Assembly: GCA_016936175.1 (NCBI GenBank)
Contig: JAFGPN010000015.1
Span: 16,636 to 80,635 of the forward strand
Length of the DNA: 64,000 nucleotides
Source: Patescibacteria group bacterium
Lineage (GTDB): Bacteria; Patescibacteriota; Kazan-3B-28; UBA10110
Direction of reading: 5' to 3'
In this document: positions 27,387 through 37,478 of the stretch, piece by piece
Layout: each line of letters begins with the position of its first letter
How positions within the stretch are numbered: the first letter of the stretch is position 1
The notes under the pieces: generated by a model
Told to the model about the DNA's origin: nothing
The model's database searches: none
The model's input: the letters and a program-made list of their open reading frames with translations, nothing else
Position numbers and translations under genes: made by a program

Positions 27387-27535
27387 AGAATTACAAATTA
27401 AAAATTATAAAGGTTGATGTGTCATTCTGAGCAAAGCGTCCTTGGGGCCTGGATCCTGAATAAGTTATTTATAGTAGGCCTACGGCAGTAAAGTGTTTTC
27501 AGGATGACAAGGGGTGCGGGGATGACGCGGGAGCG

Positions 27536-30500
27536 TCACTTTAATAAATTAATAACTTTTTTAAGTCCATCGACCCAGTTAGCCCCCAGGCCTGCCAGCG
27601 GCAATTTAACCAAGTTATCCGATACCTTGGCGCCGATATTCTCCAATGCGCCGATTACATTCTTATCCTTCAACACATTGGTTAGCATAATGTTGCATAG
27701 ATATTCTACCGGCTTATTGCTGGGCGCGATATTGCGAGCAATAATCGAATTGATTTTTTGGGTATCGAGGGCCAGCAATTTTAATTTGAGTAGATCAAAC
27801 AGATTCTGAACCTCTTTGGGTAGTTCTCCAAACTTTTCTTGCATCTCAGCTAAGGCTTCTTTCATCTCTTTTTCATCCTCGACCAAAGCTAACTGCTGGT
27901 AAGTTTTAATGCGTTGGGCTTCGTTATCGATATAACTGGTTGGCAGGTAGGCAGAAATGGGCAGGTCGACGGTAATAGTATCCACTTGTGGTCGATAGCC
28001 GGTTTTTAATTCTTCGATCGCACGATTTAACAGTTTGGTGTACATAGTTAATCCAACGGCGCTGATGTGGCCGTGCTGTCTTTTGGATAACACACCCCCA
28101 GCCCCTCGAATTTGTAGGTCCCGCAAAGCTATTTGATATCCGCTTCCCAGTTCGGTGTGACCGGCGATGGTTTTAAGCCGCTCCAAAGCCTTACCGGATA
28201 GTTTGCCAGCGCTGTAATAAAAGTAAGCATAAGCCTGAATCTTACCGCGACCGATTCGACCTCTTAATTGATGTAGCTGACTTAGCCCAAAGTTACCGGC
28301 GTTATCTACAATAAGGGTGTTAACGTTGGGGTTATCTAAGCCATTTTCGATAATAGTGCTAGCGACCAAACAATCGTATTTGCCCTGACGAAAATCTTCC
28401 ATGATCTTGGCCAATAACCGTTCTGGCATCTGACCGTGAGCGTAAACAAATCGCACCTCTGGCAGGACTTCTTTTAGTTTGTTGGTGATGCTGGCAATGG
28501 TAGCGACTCGGTTGTGGACAAAGTAAACCTGACCACCACGGCGAATTTCGTTTAGGATAGCCTCTTTTACCGCATCCATATCAAATGGGGCGACAGTGGT
28601 TTGAATTGGCAAGCGGTTGATCGGCGGCGTTTCGATAGTGCTGATATCGCGGATACCAGATAACGCCAGGTTGAGTGTTCGTGGAATAGGCGTAGCCGTA
28701 AGGCTTAATACATCAACTTCGGAGCGCATCATCTTTAATTTTTCTTTATGTCTTACTCCAAAGCGTTGTTCCTCGTCGATAATAATCAGGCCTAAATTGG
28801 CAAATTTGATATCTGGTGAAAGTAAACGATGCGTGCCAACCACAATATCAACCTCGCGGGTTTTGAGCCCGGTGACGATTCTCTTCTGTTCCTTGGTGGA
28901 GCGGAAACGGCTTAAGGCCGCTACCTGGGTACCGAAGGGGCTTAATCTCTCGGTAAAAGTTTTAAGATGTTGTTCAACCAAGATAGTGGTGGGAGCCAGC
29001 ACGGCCACTTGATAACCAGCGGTGACGGCCTTAAAGGCGGCTCGGACTGCTACTTCGGTTTTGCCAAAGCCCACGTCGGCAACTAATAATCGATCCATTG
29101 GTTTGGACCCTTCCATGTCGCCTAAAATATCTTGAATTACCTGTTCTTGGTCTGGGGTCTCCTCAAAAGCAAACGAATCGGCCAAGGCCTTCTCCCAAAA
29201 TTCACCGCCCTCAAAGGCGATGCCTTGATGAAGAGCTCGTTTAGCATAAAGATCCAGCAACTCTTTAGCAAACTCCTGAGATTCTTTTTTAATTCGACTG
29301 ACCAATCGCTTCCAGCCTTGAGAGCTTAGCTTAGACAGGACCGGTTTTTCGCCCGCCACCGAAACATACTTACTAATCTTGTCGATCTGATCAACTGGCA
29401 CGTAGATTTTGTCTGCTCCGGCGTATTGAATGGTTAAATACTCTCTGCTAATATCGTTAACCGTCATGGTGCCAATCTCTACCAGTTTGCCGATGCCGTG
29501 ATCGGCATGGACAACGTAATCTCCTTTTTCGATTCCGGCGAGGAATGCGAGTTGTCGGCGGCGTGGAGTTTTTTTGGAATGTCCGGTTTTTTCGGTAATG
29601 GGCGCAAATATCTCGGTATCGGTAAGCAGGATAATTTTTAGCGCCGCGCTCATGAACCCTTCTGGGACACGGCCTTCGATTAAGGCTAATTTATCGGTGG
29701 GCGTATCCCCCATCGAGATTTTGTGGTCCAGCAGTACGGGTAATAGTTGTTTGCCTTTTTCGGTGGCCAGGATTATCTGATAGTTTTTGGTATCGTATTT
29801 TTTTATCTCGTTAGCCATTCGGTTAAGATCATTGGCAAACAGGGGGGCTGAGGCTAAGTCAAATCGAATTAGGTCACGCTCGGTTGGCGGGATAGATACA
29901 AAATGCCAGGCCGGTAAGATATCTAATTGTTTGCTGACCGTGGTTAAAATAGTGTTGTCGCGATTATTATTACTGCCCTGATACAGCTCGTATAACATCT
30001 GAAACAGCTCGTCTGCTTGATGAAAGATGAGGAGGTATGGTTTAGGGTCTGGTTCGATTAATTCCAACAAGTACTGATTGATCTTGGCGCTTTTAATGGC
30101 CGGGATTTTGATCTGCTCTAGCTGTTTACGAGTAACTGCACTAACTGGATCAAATTCTGATATTTTTTCTAAGCGGTTGCCGTTAAATTCTAAGCGATAC
30201 GGATAGCCATTGCCGAGGGCAAAGATGTCGAGGTTGCCTCCTCGCATGGCTATCTCGCCGCTTTGAAAAACTTTGGTCTGCCGCTCGTAGCCGTTAGTGA
30301 TCGAGTTAGTCAGTAGCTCTTCCGGGTTATATTCGCAACCAATTTTTAGAGAGTTGGCAGAAGCAGGGCTGGTTAGTGGCTCAATTAGAGATTTGACGGG
30401 AAAGATAAAAATTCCGGGTTGTTTTTGAGTAAGCGCGGCGGTGGCGTTTGCTCGCTCCAAAAAATCGGAGATATATTCTTTACGATTGATTCGCTCGGAT

Positions 30501-30763
30501 TTTAGATTGGGATAGGTGTAGACAGGAGTATCGGTTAGTTGCTCTAAATCTTGTTTGATTGCCGCTTGCTCGCTCTCATTTTTGACAACATAGATAATTT
30601 TTTTATCAGTGTCTTGCCGAATCTGCGAGAGTACCAGCAGTTTCCCGGTTTGGTTAAGGCCGGTGATGTAAACCTTGCCATTATTAACCTTCTGCTTTAG
30701 AGATTTATAAGCAGTAAGATCGCTAAATTTAGCAGACAGGTGGTGCAGGATCGAGGTGACCAA
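27536..30763 (-). CDS. mfd: transcription-repair coupling factor
   Basis: 1075 aa with DEAD/H helicase motifs (ADVGFGKTEVA, DEEQRFG) and a UvrB-homology N-terminus. Confidence 0.9.
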   Translation of the reverse strand: MVTSILHHLSAKFSDLTAYKSLKQKVNNGKVYITGLNQTGKLLVLSQIRQDTDKKIIYVVKNESEQAAIKQDLEQLTDTPVYTYPNLKSERINRKEYISDFLERANATAALTQKQPGIFIFPVKSLIEPLTSPASANSLKIGCEYNPEELLTNSITNGYERQTKVFQSGEIAMRGGNLDIFALGNGYPYRLEFNGNRLEKISEFDPVSAVTRKQLEQIKIPAIKSAKINQYLLELIEPDPKPYLLIFHQADELFQMLYELYQGSNNNRDNTILTTVSKQLDILPAWHFVSIPPTERDLIRFDLASAPLFANDLNRMANEIKKYDTKNYQIILATEKGKQLLPVLLDHKISMGDTPTDKLALIEGRVPEGFMSAALKIILLTDTEIFAPITEKTGHSKKTPRRRQLAFLAGIEKGDYVVHADHGIGKLVEIGTMTVNDISREYLTIQYAGADKIYVPVDQIDKISKYVSVAGEKPVLSKLSSQGWKRLVSRIKKESQEFAKELLDLYAKRALHQGIAFEGGEFWEKALADSFAFEETPDQEQVIQDILGDMEGSKPMDRLLVADVGFGKTEVAVRAAFKAVTAGYQVAVLAPTTILVEQHLKTFTERLSPFGTQVAALSRFRSTKEQKRIVTGLKTREVDIVVGTHRLLSPDIKFANLGLIIIDEEQRFGVRHKEKLKMMRSEVDVLSLTATPIPRTLNLALSGIRDISTIETPPINRLPIQTTVAPFDMDAVKEAILNEIRRGGQVYFVHNRVATIASITNKLKEVLPEVRFVYAHGQMPERLLAKIMEDFRQGKYDCLVASTIIENGLDNPNVNTLIVDNAGNFGLSQLHQLRGRIGRGKIQAYAYFYYSAGKLSGKALERLKTIAGHTELGSGYQIALRDLQIRGAGGVLSKRQHGHISAVGLTMYTKLLNRAIEELKTGYRPQVDTITVDLPISAYLPTSYIDNEAQRIKTYQQLALVEDEKEMKEALAEMQEKFGELPKEVQNLFDLLKLKLLALDTQKINSIIARNIAPSNKPVEYLCNIMLTNVLKDKNVIGALENIGAKVSDNLVKLPLAGLGANWVDGLKKVINLLK

Positions 30764-31064
30764 CTCTTGACTGTTTAATAATTATGTGTTATAATGAGAA
30801 GAAATCTTAACCGTTTTGACAACCTGTGATACACTTTCTTATTCAGACTATTTCTTGAAAGTGGGGAGAATCTTGCTTGCAAGCCATTGTCCTACCCTCC
30901 TTGGGCAGAGCTTGCAGGCAGGATTCTCCCTGCTTATTCCGTTGGCGTCCCGACCCACACATTTACGTTGGGGTCCGGCACAAAAACTCTCTTAAAGAGT
31001 TTGACGCCTCCTAGGGGGCTGGGGGAAAAAGTTAAAAGGGGCCTAACCGCCCCTTTTAACATAC

Positions 31065-31583
31065 TTAGATTTTGAGGAACTTTTCTTTGATTGTTCTTAC
31101 CGCCATCGGCAGAACCTTTTTAACTTGGGATAACTGGGTATTAGTGAAATTTGAGGTGACGTACTCGTCTGGTTCTACTTTTTCCGAGCGGCCAATCCCA
31201 ATTTTTAATCGCGGGAAGATATTGGTTTTAAGTTGACCAATTACCGATTGGAGGCCTTTGTGTCCCCCGCTACTGCCAATTTCGCGATAACGCAATTTGC
31301 CTAACTCCATATCTAAATCGTCGGCAATGATTAAAATATCTTCTGGCTTGATACGATGTTTTTTGGCGGCGGCCCGCACCGCTATACCGGAATTATTCAT
31401 AAAGGTTCGTGGTTTTAGTAGTTCGACCTCGTCAGTTCTGGCGTAATCGGTATCCACCGTATGGCTTTTTTGGAATTTTAGGTTTAACTCTTTAGCCAGA
31501 GCATCGACTACCATAAAGCCCACGTTGTGGCGTGTGCGTTCGTACTTTTTACCAGGATTTCCCAATCCAACAACCAGTTTCAT
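31065..31583 (-). CDS. pth: peptidyl-tRNA hydrolase
   Basis: MKLVVGLGNPGKKYERTRHNVGF signature. Confidence 0.9.
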   Translation of the reverse strand: MKLVVGLGNPGKKYERTRHNVGFMVVDALAKELNLKFQKSHTVDTDYARTDEVELLKPRTFMNNSGIAVRAAAKKHRIKPEDILIIADDLDMELGKLRYREIGSSGGHKGLQSVIGQLKTNIFPRLKIGIGRSEKVEPDEYVTSNFTNTQLSQVKKVLPMAVRTIKEKFLKI

Positions 31584-31585
31584 AG

Positions 31586-31807
31586 CTATTCTTCCGTTTG
31601 GTTTTCTGTTTCAAAAAAATCTACTGCTTCTTGGCTAATGTCCAATTGATCTCCCGATAGCTCGGTTTTGTGGATGCCGTCTTTAGGTTTATGCAAAATA
31701 TCCTCGTCGGGACGAGCGGGGTTAACTTTATTAACTTTTTTTACCTTCCGATCGGGAACATCAGGAAAGTGGAAGGGGCCTTGCCCTTCAATTCTTATTT
31801 CACCCAT
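31586..31807 (-). CDS. hypothetical small protein
   Basis: ORF lying tightly between pth and the next gene. Confidence 0.35.
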   Translation of the reverse strand: MGEIRIEGQGPFHFPDVPDRKVKKVNKVNPARPDEDILHKPKDGIHKTELSGDQLDISQEAVDFFETENQTEE

Positions 31808-31850
31808 ATAGCTAATTGTTCGCGAAACTAAAGCCTCGCGTCGTAGTTGT

Positions 31851-32111
31851 TTAAGCTACGTAGACCATTGTACCTTCTTTAACCGGCTCGTCAACCTTGA
31901 TGCCGATTACGGCACCTTTTTTGGCTGATTCAACTGCCGCCCGTTCGATCTGCATCGAATCGATGGTCTGCTCGGTTTCGGCATCACCTTTAACGAATTT
32001 GACCTTATCGCCCACCTTGAGGGGTCCGGCCAATTCGATAATCGCTACTCCGATCTTGTCGTAGTAGTGGCTTACCTTACCGATGGTCTTGTTGGCTACT
32101 TTACCTGCCAT
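31851..32111 (-). CDS. small EF-Tu domain-2-like beta-barrel protein
   Basis: KVSHYYDKIGVAIIEL..LKVGDKV..QTIDSMQIERAAVESAKKGAVIGIKV resembles the translation-factor beta-barrel domain family. Confidence 0.5.
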   Translation of the reverse strand: MAGKVANKTIGKVSHYYDKIGVAIIELAGPLKVGDKVKFVKGDAETEQTIDSMQIERAAVESAKKGAVIGIKVDEPVKEGTMVYVA

Positions 32112-32210
32112 CTTATCCTCCCTTGGGTTAGGATATGACGATTTGATTATACCACATCTCCTGTTATGATGGGTCGTTGGGGGATAGCAAATCGACCGCT
32201 AACCCCTGGT

Positions 32211-32245
32211 GCCGATTAGGAGTGCGATCGCATTTCTAATCGGCA
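32211..32245. repeat. inverted-repeat element TGCCGATTAG-N-GCGATCGC-N-CTAATCGGCA (copy 1 of 3)
   Basis: Other copies at 37367-37402 and 43256-43292. All are intergenic and just upstream of gene starts. Confidence 0.7.
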
Positions 32246-32307
32246 AGTGGTTTGACAATCAGTAATGTATTCTCGAGAATCTACCCTACGGGGAAGGAGG
32301 AAATGCA

Positions 32308-33060
32308 GTGGCACACAAGTTGGCCGATGAAGCCAAAAAAAACTTTCTTGCTCTGGGGGCAAATCCATACCCAGGCAGAGGAATCGTGGTTGGCATCGAT
32401 GGGGCCGGATACTATCTCGTGCTGATATACTGGCTCATGGGACGTAGCGATAACAGCCGAAACCGTGCTCTGGCCAAAGGAAAGGAGTGGGGCAGTTTGT
32501 ATACTGTCCCGGCTAATCCGGACAGGATGATTACGGATCCCAGCCTGACTATTTATCAGGCGATGGGCGAACGGGCCGACGGCGTCTATGTTGTAAGCAA
32601 CGGAGTGCAAACTGAGACCGTTCTGTGTGAGTATCGTGAGTCCTTCGATCTGGGGGATATCTTGCGCAGGAAGTATCAGTATGAACCGGATGCGCCAAAC
32701 TTCACTCCCCGGATTACCGCGGTTTGCGCGCTGGGGTGCGACGATCTCAAGGTAAGCATGTCGATTCTGCGTCGCTCTCTTTTCACCGATGCGTGTGACC
32801 AAGAAATCTATTGCTACGAAGGGTTTGGTGCTTTCGGTGCCGGTTATGGCCGTTGCATCACCACCTACAATGGAGATGGAAATCCGTTGCCAGCTTTCGA
32901 TAGCAAGCCCCTGCTGGTTCCGATCGGCCTCGTGTCAATTGAGGAGATCGGCCGTGGGTACTGGGATAATCTGAACACGGAAAACCGTATTGCTCTGGCG
33001 GTCAAGAAGGTCGACCTCAAGAGTGGCGTATCCGAGACCCACATCATCAACCGCTACTAA
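32308..33060 (+). CDS. purO: IMP cyclohydrolase, archaeal PurO type
   Basis: GRGIVVGIDGAG..RSDNSRNR, YVVSNGVQTETV and FTPRITAV align with PurO-family motifs (VVSNGSHTDTI in the archaeal enzyme). Confidence 0.6.
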   Translation: MAHKLADEAKKNFLALGANPYPGRGIVVGIDGAGYYLVLIYWLMGRSDNSRNRALAKGKEWGSLYTVPANPDRMITDPSLTIYQAMGERADGVYVVSNGVQTETVLCEYRESFDLGDILRRKYQYEPDAPNFTPRITAVCALGCDDLKVSMSILRRSLFTDACDQEIYCYEGFGAFGAGYGRCITTYNGDGNPLPAFDSKPLLVPIGLVSIEEIGRGYWDNLNTENRIALAVKKVDLKSGVSETHIINRY

Positions 33061-33074
33061 AAGGAGGAAACGCT

Positions 33075-33365
33075 TTGAGTGATGACAAGCTGACAATAGT
33101 TGGCATTAAGGATGATGCTGTGCAGTTAGCCTATGGCGAGAACAAATGGCAGAGCGACCCGCTGCCGGCTTACTACCAGTGAGCGGGATTGCCGGATGAC
33201 CCGCTGGCGTTGCACAACTTCGAGCTGTTGGCGGCGGCCGGAATCGAGTACATCCTGGCCTCCAGCGGCTCGGTGGGCGACAAGAAAGTCATCTCGCGAG
33301 CCGGGGAGTTAGGAGTAACTCTGTATCTGATGCCCGATGAGATCGGGCGTGGATTCTTTGGCCAC
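33075..33365 (+). pseudogene. small ORF interrupted by an in-frame TGA at 33180-33182 (pseudogene, recoding or sequencing error)
   Basis: aaggagga ribosome-binding site followed by TTG. The same frame continues after TGA for 60 more codons. TGA is a true stop elsewhere in the window (RT and gatA ends). Confidence 0.35.
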
Positions 33366-33379
33366 TAAGGAGGTGCCCA

Positions 33380-33619
33380 GTGGTTGGTACAGGTATCGGT
33401 TCGTTTTCAGACTCGGGAAGGTTTGAAGTAAGAGTAGTGCCTGGTACAGAAGACGTGCGAGCTGGGAAAAAATGCCCACATTGTGGCGCTTGGATGACGG
33501 TAGCGCAGGTGTACTACTGCAATGTCAAAACAGGCGACCGGGTCTCCGAATCCTTTCTTGGCTATCTTTGTCCGCATCACGGTGCAGTCAACGAGGCCGG
33601 AGAGTCGCTGCTTCGGTAG
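33380..33619 (+). CDS. small zinc-ribbon protein
   Basis: aggagg ribosome-binding site. Two Cys/His pairs: CPHCG...CPHHG. Confidence 0.45.
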   Translation: MVGTGIGSFSDSGRFEVRVVPGTEDVRAGKKCPHCGAWMTVAQVYYCNVKTGDRVSESFLGYLCPHHGAVNEAGESLLR

Positions 33620-33674
33620 CGACCATATCTACAATGCCCTGCTTGGATGAGCACTTATCCTCGCAGGGCGTTTT

Positions 33675-35120
33675 TTATTTTTGGATCAGGTCGACTAACA
33701 GGCTAACTCCGAAACCAGTAGCATAAGTGGGAGGATTCCAGGCCTCGGTCTCTTTTGATTGAAAAGCTGGTCCAGCGATATCCAAATGAGCCCACGGTGT
33801 TTCGCCAACAAAGTGGGCCAAGAAAGCTGCGGCGGTAGAGGCTCCGCCGAATCTACCGGCACTACTTAGATTAGCTAAATCGGCTATCGGGCTCTTCATT
33901 TGGTCTTTAAATGAATCATCCAATGGGAGTGCCCAAATTTTTTCGCCAGAATTAACGCTTGCCGATTTTATATTTTTTTGTAGTTCTAAGTCGTTGCCAA
34001 GCAATCCGGCATAACGGAAACCCAGCGCGATAATGCAAGCTCCGGTCAAAGTAGCTAGATCTACCACGTAGCTGGGCTCAAAGTTTTTAATGGCGTAGCT
34101 TAAAGCATCGGCCAGGATTAAACGACCTTCGGCGTCGGTGTTTTTTATCTCCACTGTTTTTCCAGAATAGGAGCGAATAATATCGGCTGGCTTATAGGCA
34201 TCCCCAGAGATTAAATTCTCGGTGGCCGGGATAACGGCGATTACTTTTTTCTTACTACCCAACTCTGCCAGAGCTTTGATGGTGGCCAATACGGTGGCGG
34301 CTCCAGCCATGTCGGTGTGCATCACTTCCAAAAAACTATCCGATGGCTTGATATTATAACCACCGGAATCGAAGGTAATCCCCTTTCCAATTAGAACAAT
34401 GGGTTTTTCTTTCTTCTCGCGATTTATCTGCAAGATAATTAGCCGAGGTTCGTAAGCGCTCCCGCGATTGACTGCCAGTAATAAATTAAGGCCCTGTTCT
34501 TGCAGTTCTTTTTTGGTAAGTGCCTCAAAAGTTATGTTGTTGTATGTATGAGAAAGTTTGGCTGCTTCGTTTGCCAAATCTTCTGGTCTAAGATCGGCTG
34601 ATGGGGCAGACACAAGATTACGCGCATAGTGGACAGCATCCACGATTTTGATTATCTCTTGTAGCCGTTTTTTAAAGGTGGCATCTACTCCGCCAATAAT
34701 ATTGAGCGAAGTTAACAGTTTTCGTTGGCTTTTTTCGGCTTCTTCACCGGTCTTGTAGTGCAGGTTGACGTAGTTGCGCAGTAGTAAACCTTCGATTAGA
34801 AACAGCGCCAGATTTGGCCTTAGGTTTTTGTCCAACACCAAACCTACCGATTTATCGCCGATAACTCCTAACCCTGACCAAGTTTTGCCGCCAGCGGTTT
34901 TAGCCAGCTCGGGGTTAAGTTTCCCTTTCTCTCCCAGCCCGACGAACACCGATTTTTGTCCGGCGGATACATCGGTGCAGATTTCACCCAGATTGGCCTC
35001 GAACTCGCCGTTGTCGACCAGCTCGGCTAACCGCCCAGTTAGTTTATCAGTTTTGGCAAAAACTGGCACAATCAAGATATTTTGCTCTTCTGCCCCCTGT
35101 TTGCTGAATTTAATCTCCAT
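33675..35120 (-). CDS. pepA: leucyl aminopeptidase (M17)
   Basis: NTDAEGRLILADAL motif. The ggagg ribosome-binding site is 8 nt before ATG 35120. Confidence 0.85.
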   Translation of the reverse strand: MEIKFSKQGAEEQNILIVPVFAKTDKLTGRLAELVDNGEFEANLGEICTDVSAGQKSVFVGLGEKGKLNPELAKTAGGKTWSGLGVIGDKSVGLVLDKNLRPNLALFLIEGLLLRNYVNLHYKTGEEAEKSQRKLLTSLNIIGGVDATFKKRLQEIIKIVDAVHYARNLVSAPSADLRPEDLANEAAKLSHTYNNITFEALTKKELQEQGLNLLLAVNRGSAYEPRLIILQINREKKEKPIVLIGKGITFDSGGYNIKPSDSFLEVMHTDMAGAATVLATIKALAELGSKKKVIAVIPATENLISGDAYKPADIIRSYSGKTVEIKNTDAEGRLILADALSYAIKNFEPSYVVDLATLTGACIIALGFRYAGLLGNDLELQKNIKSASVNSGEKIWALPLDDSFKDQMKSPIADLANLSSAGRFGGASTAAAFLAHFVGETPWAHLDIAGPAFQSKETEAWNPPTYATGFGVSLLVDLIQK

Positions 35121-35206
35121 CTGGTTACCTCCTAAAGTTACCATACATCATACCATCGACTCGTAGGTGGTTGACAAATCGAAGGCTAATTGCGGTAGAA
35201 TGAAGC

Positions 35207-36388
35207 ATGGCAAAAGAAGTTGTGTTGCAACCTTTAGCGTACTCACTGAGTGAGTTTACGCTCGATACCGCCTATACCTCTCGAGAGCTCTCCAAATCGA
35301 GCGCTGACTTAAGCGTGGAGATTGCCCGAGGATTTAGGATTAATATCCCCTTTCTAAGCGCGGCGATGCAGGCAGTTACTGGACCAGAACTGGCCACCGA
35401 ATTAGCTCGATGTGGTGGTTTGGGGGTAATCTATTGCTCCCAACCCCTCTCTGGTGAGGCGGAGATGGTTCGACAGGTTAAAGCGATGCCACCTAACGCC
35501 GCAGAGTATACTTATCCGTTTAAAACCCTGGTGGATAAACAGGGTCGCTTAGTGGTCGGCGCAGCGATAAATACTAAAGATTACGCCGAGCGAGTGCCGG
35601 CGCTAGTTAACGCTGGAGCGGACATTCTGTTTATTGATTCGTCGCACGGAAATACCGATTATCAAAAAGAGACGCTCGAGTTCGTAAAACAGCACTATCC
35701 TCACATTCCGATAGTGGGTGGAAATATTATTAATGCAGATGGAGTTAACAACTTGGTTAACTGGGGTGCCACCGGAGTAAAGGTGGGTATGGGTATTGGC
35801 AGTATCTGTATTACTACCGATGTCAAAGCTACCGGTAAAGGCCAGGCATCGGCAGTGATGGAGTGCGTGGCCACTCGAGACAAGTTGTCTGACTATATTC
35901 CGGTAATAGCTGACGGTGGGATTGGCACTGCTCGTGAGATGTGCATTGCATTAGCGCTAGGCGCTGACGCAGTGATGTTAGGTAAGTACTTTGCCCGGTT
36001 TGAAGAAGCACCAGGCAACAAGATCTCTCGTAGTGATTTTTTACAGATGTTTCCTGGGGTCGATCGGAGATTGGACCCTAGTATTGAATATTTAAAAGAG
36101 TATTGGGGCGAAGGAAGCTTGCGAGCTCGAATTCATCAGGAAGCACAGTATCGCTATGGCCAAAACGAATTTGCCGAAGGGGTTGATAGCTACATCGAAT
36201 ACGCCGGTGGTTTAAAAGAAAACCTAGGTCGGACATTAGCCAAGATAATTAAATCGATGCACGATGCCGGAGCCAATAGTGTCAAAGAATTGCGCGAGAA
36301 AGCGGTGGTGCGGCTGGCCTCTGCCAAATCGATGAGTGAGGCGGGAGCACACGATTTAATTTCTTATCACAAGGTCGCTTTGTCGTAA
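35207..36388 (+). CDS. IMP dehydrogenase / GMP reductase family TIM-barrel protein without a CBS pair
   Basis: GMGIGSICITTDV catalytic-Cys loop and GGIGTA motif. A TTGACA..TAGAAT promoter-like pair lies 7 nt before the ATG, so the transcript may be leaderless. Confidence 0.75.
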   Translation: MAKEVVLQPLAYSLSEFTLDTAYTSRELSKSSADLSVEIARGFRINIPFLSAAMQAVTGPELATELARCGGLGVIYCSQPLSGEAEMVRQVKAMPPNAAEYTYPFKTLVDKQGRLVVGAAINTKDYAERVPALVNAGADILFIDSSHGNTDYQKETLEFVKQHYPHIPIVGGNIINADGVNNLVNWGATGVKVGMGIGSICITTDVKATGKGQASAVMECVATRDKLSDYIPVIADGGIGTAREMCIALALGADAVMLGKYFARFEEAPGNKISRSDFLQMFPGVDRRLDPSIEYLKEYWGEGSLRARIHQEAQYRYGQNEFAEGVDSYIEYAGGLKENLGRTLAKIIKSMHDAGANSVKELREKAVVRLASAKSMSEAGAHDLISYHKVALS

Positions 36389-36533
36389 CGTCATCCTGGC
36401 TTGTCCAGGATCGTATAAATCTATCTTACGATTCTGGAGTCTTCTGCTATTGCAGCAGAATCCCCAGAATGACGAGAAAGTAATAATTTAAATAAAAAAT
36501 CGAGGCCCGTAATTGGGCCTCGGTCGTTTGATG

Positions 36534-37244
36534 TCAAGCAATTGGAGAGAGCTTTGCCCAATCCTCGCGAGGGTCCACAGCCGGTGAGCCGGCTCGACAG
36601 AGGGGGCATTGGTCCGCCGGCCAATCGGAGAATCGCCTGTTTAGGTATGCCACCAGCTTAAACGTTCGTTCGCCGATTTGGATAGACTGGCGGCTGGTTC
36701 GGTTTAGGATGCAGCCGATTACCGGCAGGATCTCTATCGGTGTGCCAATCTGGTCTGCGTGTCGCTGAATGGCTTCCACGGTGTGGATAGCGGTGCTACC
36801 AGTGGCGACGGCGTTCTCTACTACCAGTATCTGCCCGCTATTCGGTAGCGAAGTGGAGCACTGTTCTGTCATCCGCTGATGCTCGTTGTTGGTCCCTTCT
36901 TCTCGCTTCTGAGTTAAACACATCTTAACCTGACGTTGCGCGCGACCATGTTCCTGGATGCAGAGCGTTAGCAAGGTTACCAACGGAGCCGTTTCCCGCT
37001 CTGGTCCGACGATGATGCTAAGCTTGTCGTACAGTACGCCTTTACTTACTAGCATGTCGTAAAGTTCGTAAGCGATGGTTCGCATCAAACTCGGATTATC
37101 CACCGGACTCCAGAAGTATCCGGTTGAGTGTAGCTTAGATACAGGTAGAATAACATGCGGTACGGTGGAAACAGCATCCTTGGGTCGTTCCCATAGATAA
37201 CCGCCCTCGCGCAACAGATTTTCGTAACCAGGGTGCGTGTGCAT
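36534..37244 (-). CDS. type I phosphoribosyltransferase domain protein
   Basis: PRPP-binding motif ILVVENAVATGSTA. C-terminal CPLC. Confidence 0.55.
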   Translation of the reverse strand: MHTHPGYENLLREGGYLWERPKDAVSTVPHVILPVSKLHSTGYFWSPVDNPSLMRTIAYELYDMLVSKGVLYDKLSIIVGPERETAPLVTLLTLCIQEHGRAQRQVKMCLTQKREEGTNNEHQRMTEQCSTSLPNSGQILVVENAVATGSTAIHTVEAIQRHADQIGTPIEILPVIGCILNRTSRQSIQIGERTFKLVAYLNRRFSDWPADQCPLCRAGSPAVDPREDWAKLSPIA

Positions 37245-37366
37245 TGGCGTTCACCTCCCTTTTGCTCTGGTTGAGCGAGTGAATTGCGCCGCGCTTACTC
37301 TATGTCAAAGTTGCCTAACATCAAACAACCCATCATAGCACAATCAAACTGACCCCCTCCTCCTCG

Positions 37367-37402
37367 TGCCGATTAGAAATGCGATCGCACTTTAAATCGG
37401 CA
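37367..37402. repeat. inverted-repeat element with a GCGATCGC core (copy 2)
   Basis: tgccgattagaaatgcgatcgcactttaaatcggca. Confidence 0.7.
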
Positions 37403-37478
37403 GACTAACAAATAACGGGATGCGCCCTAAAGGTTCGTCAAACAGGTATTCGATGATTGTTGATTATCCGCGAGGCGC

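Noticed and set aside
33182-33206. Stem-loop after the in-frame TGA as a bacterial SECIS element (selenoprotein)
   Set aside because: The stem is only 6 bp and lacks the fdhF-like apical features. No selenium-utilisation genes are visible, so it is kept only as a low-probability alternative.
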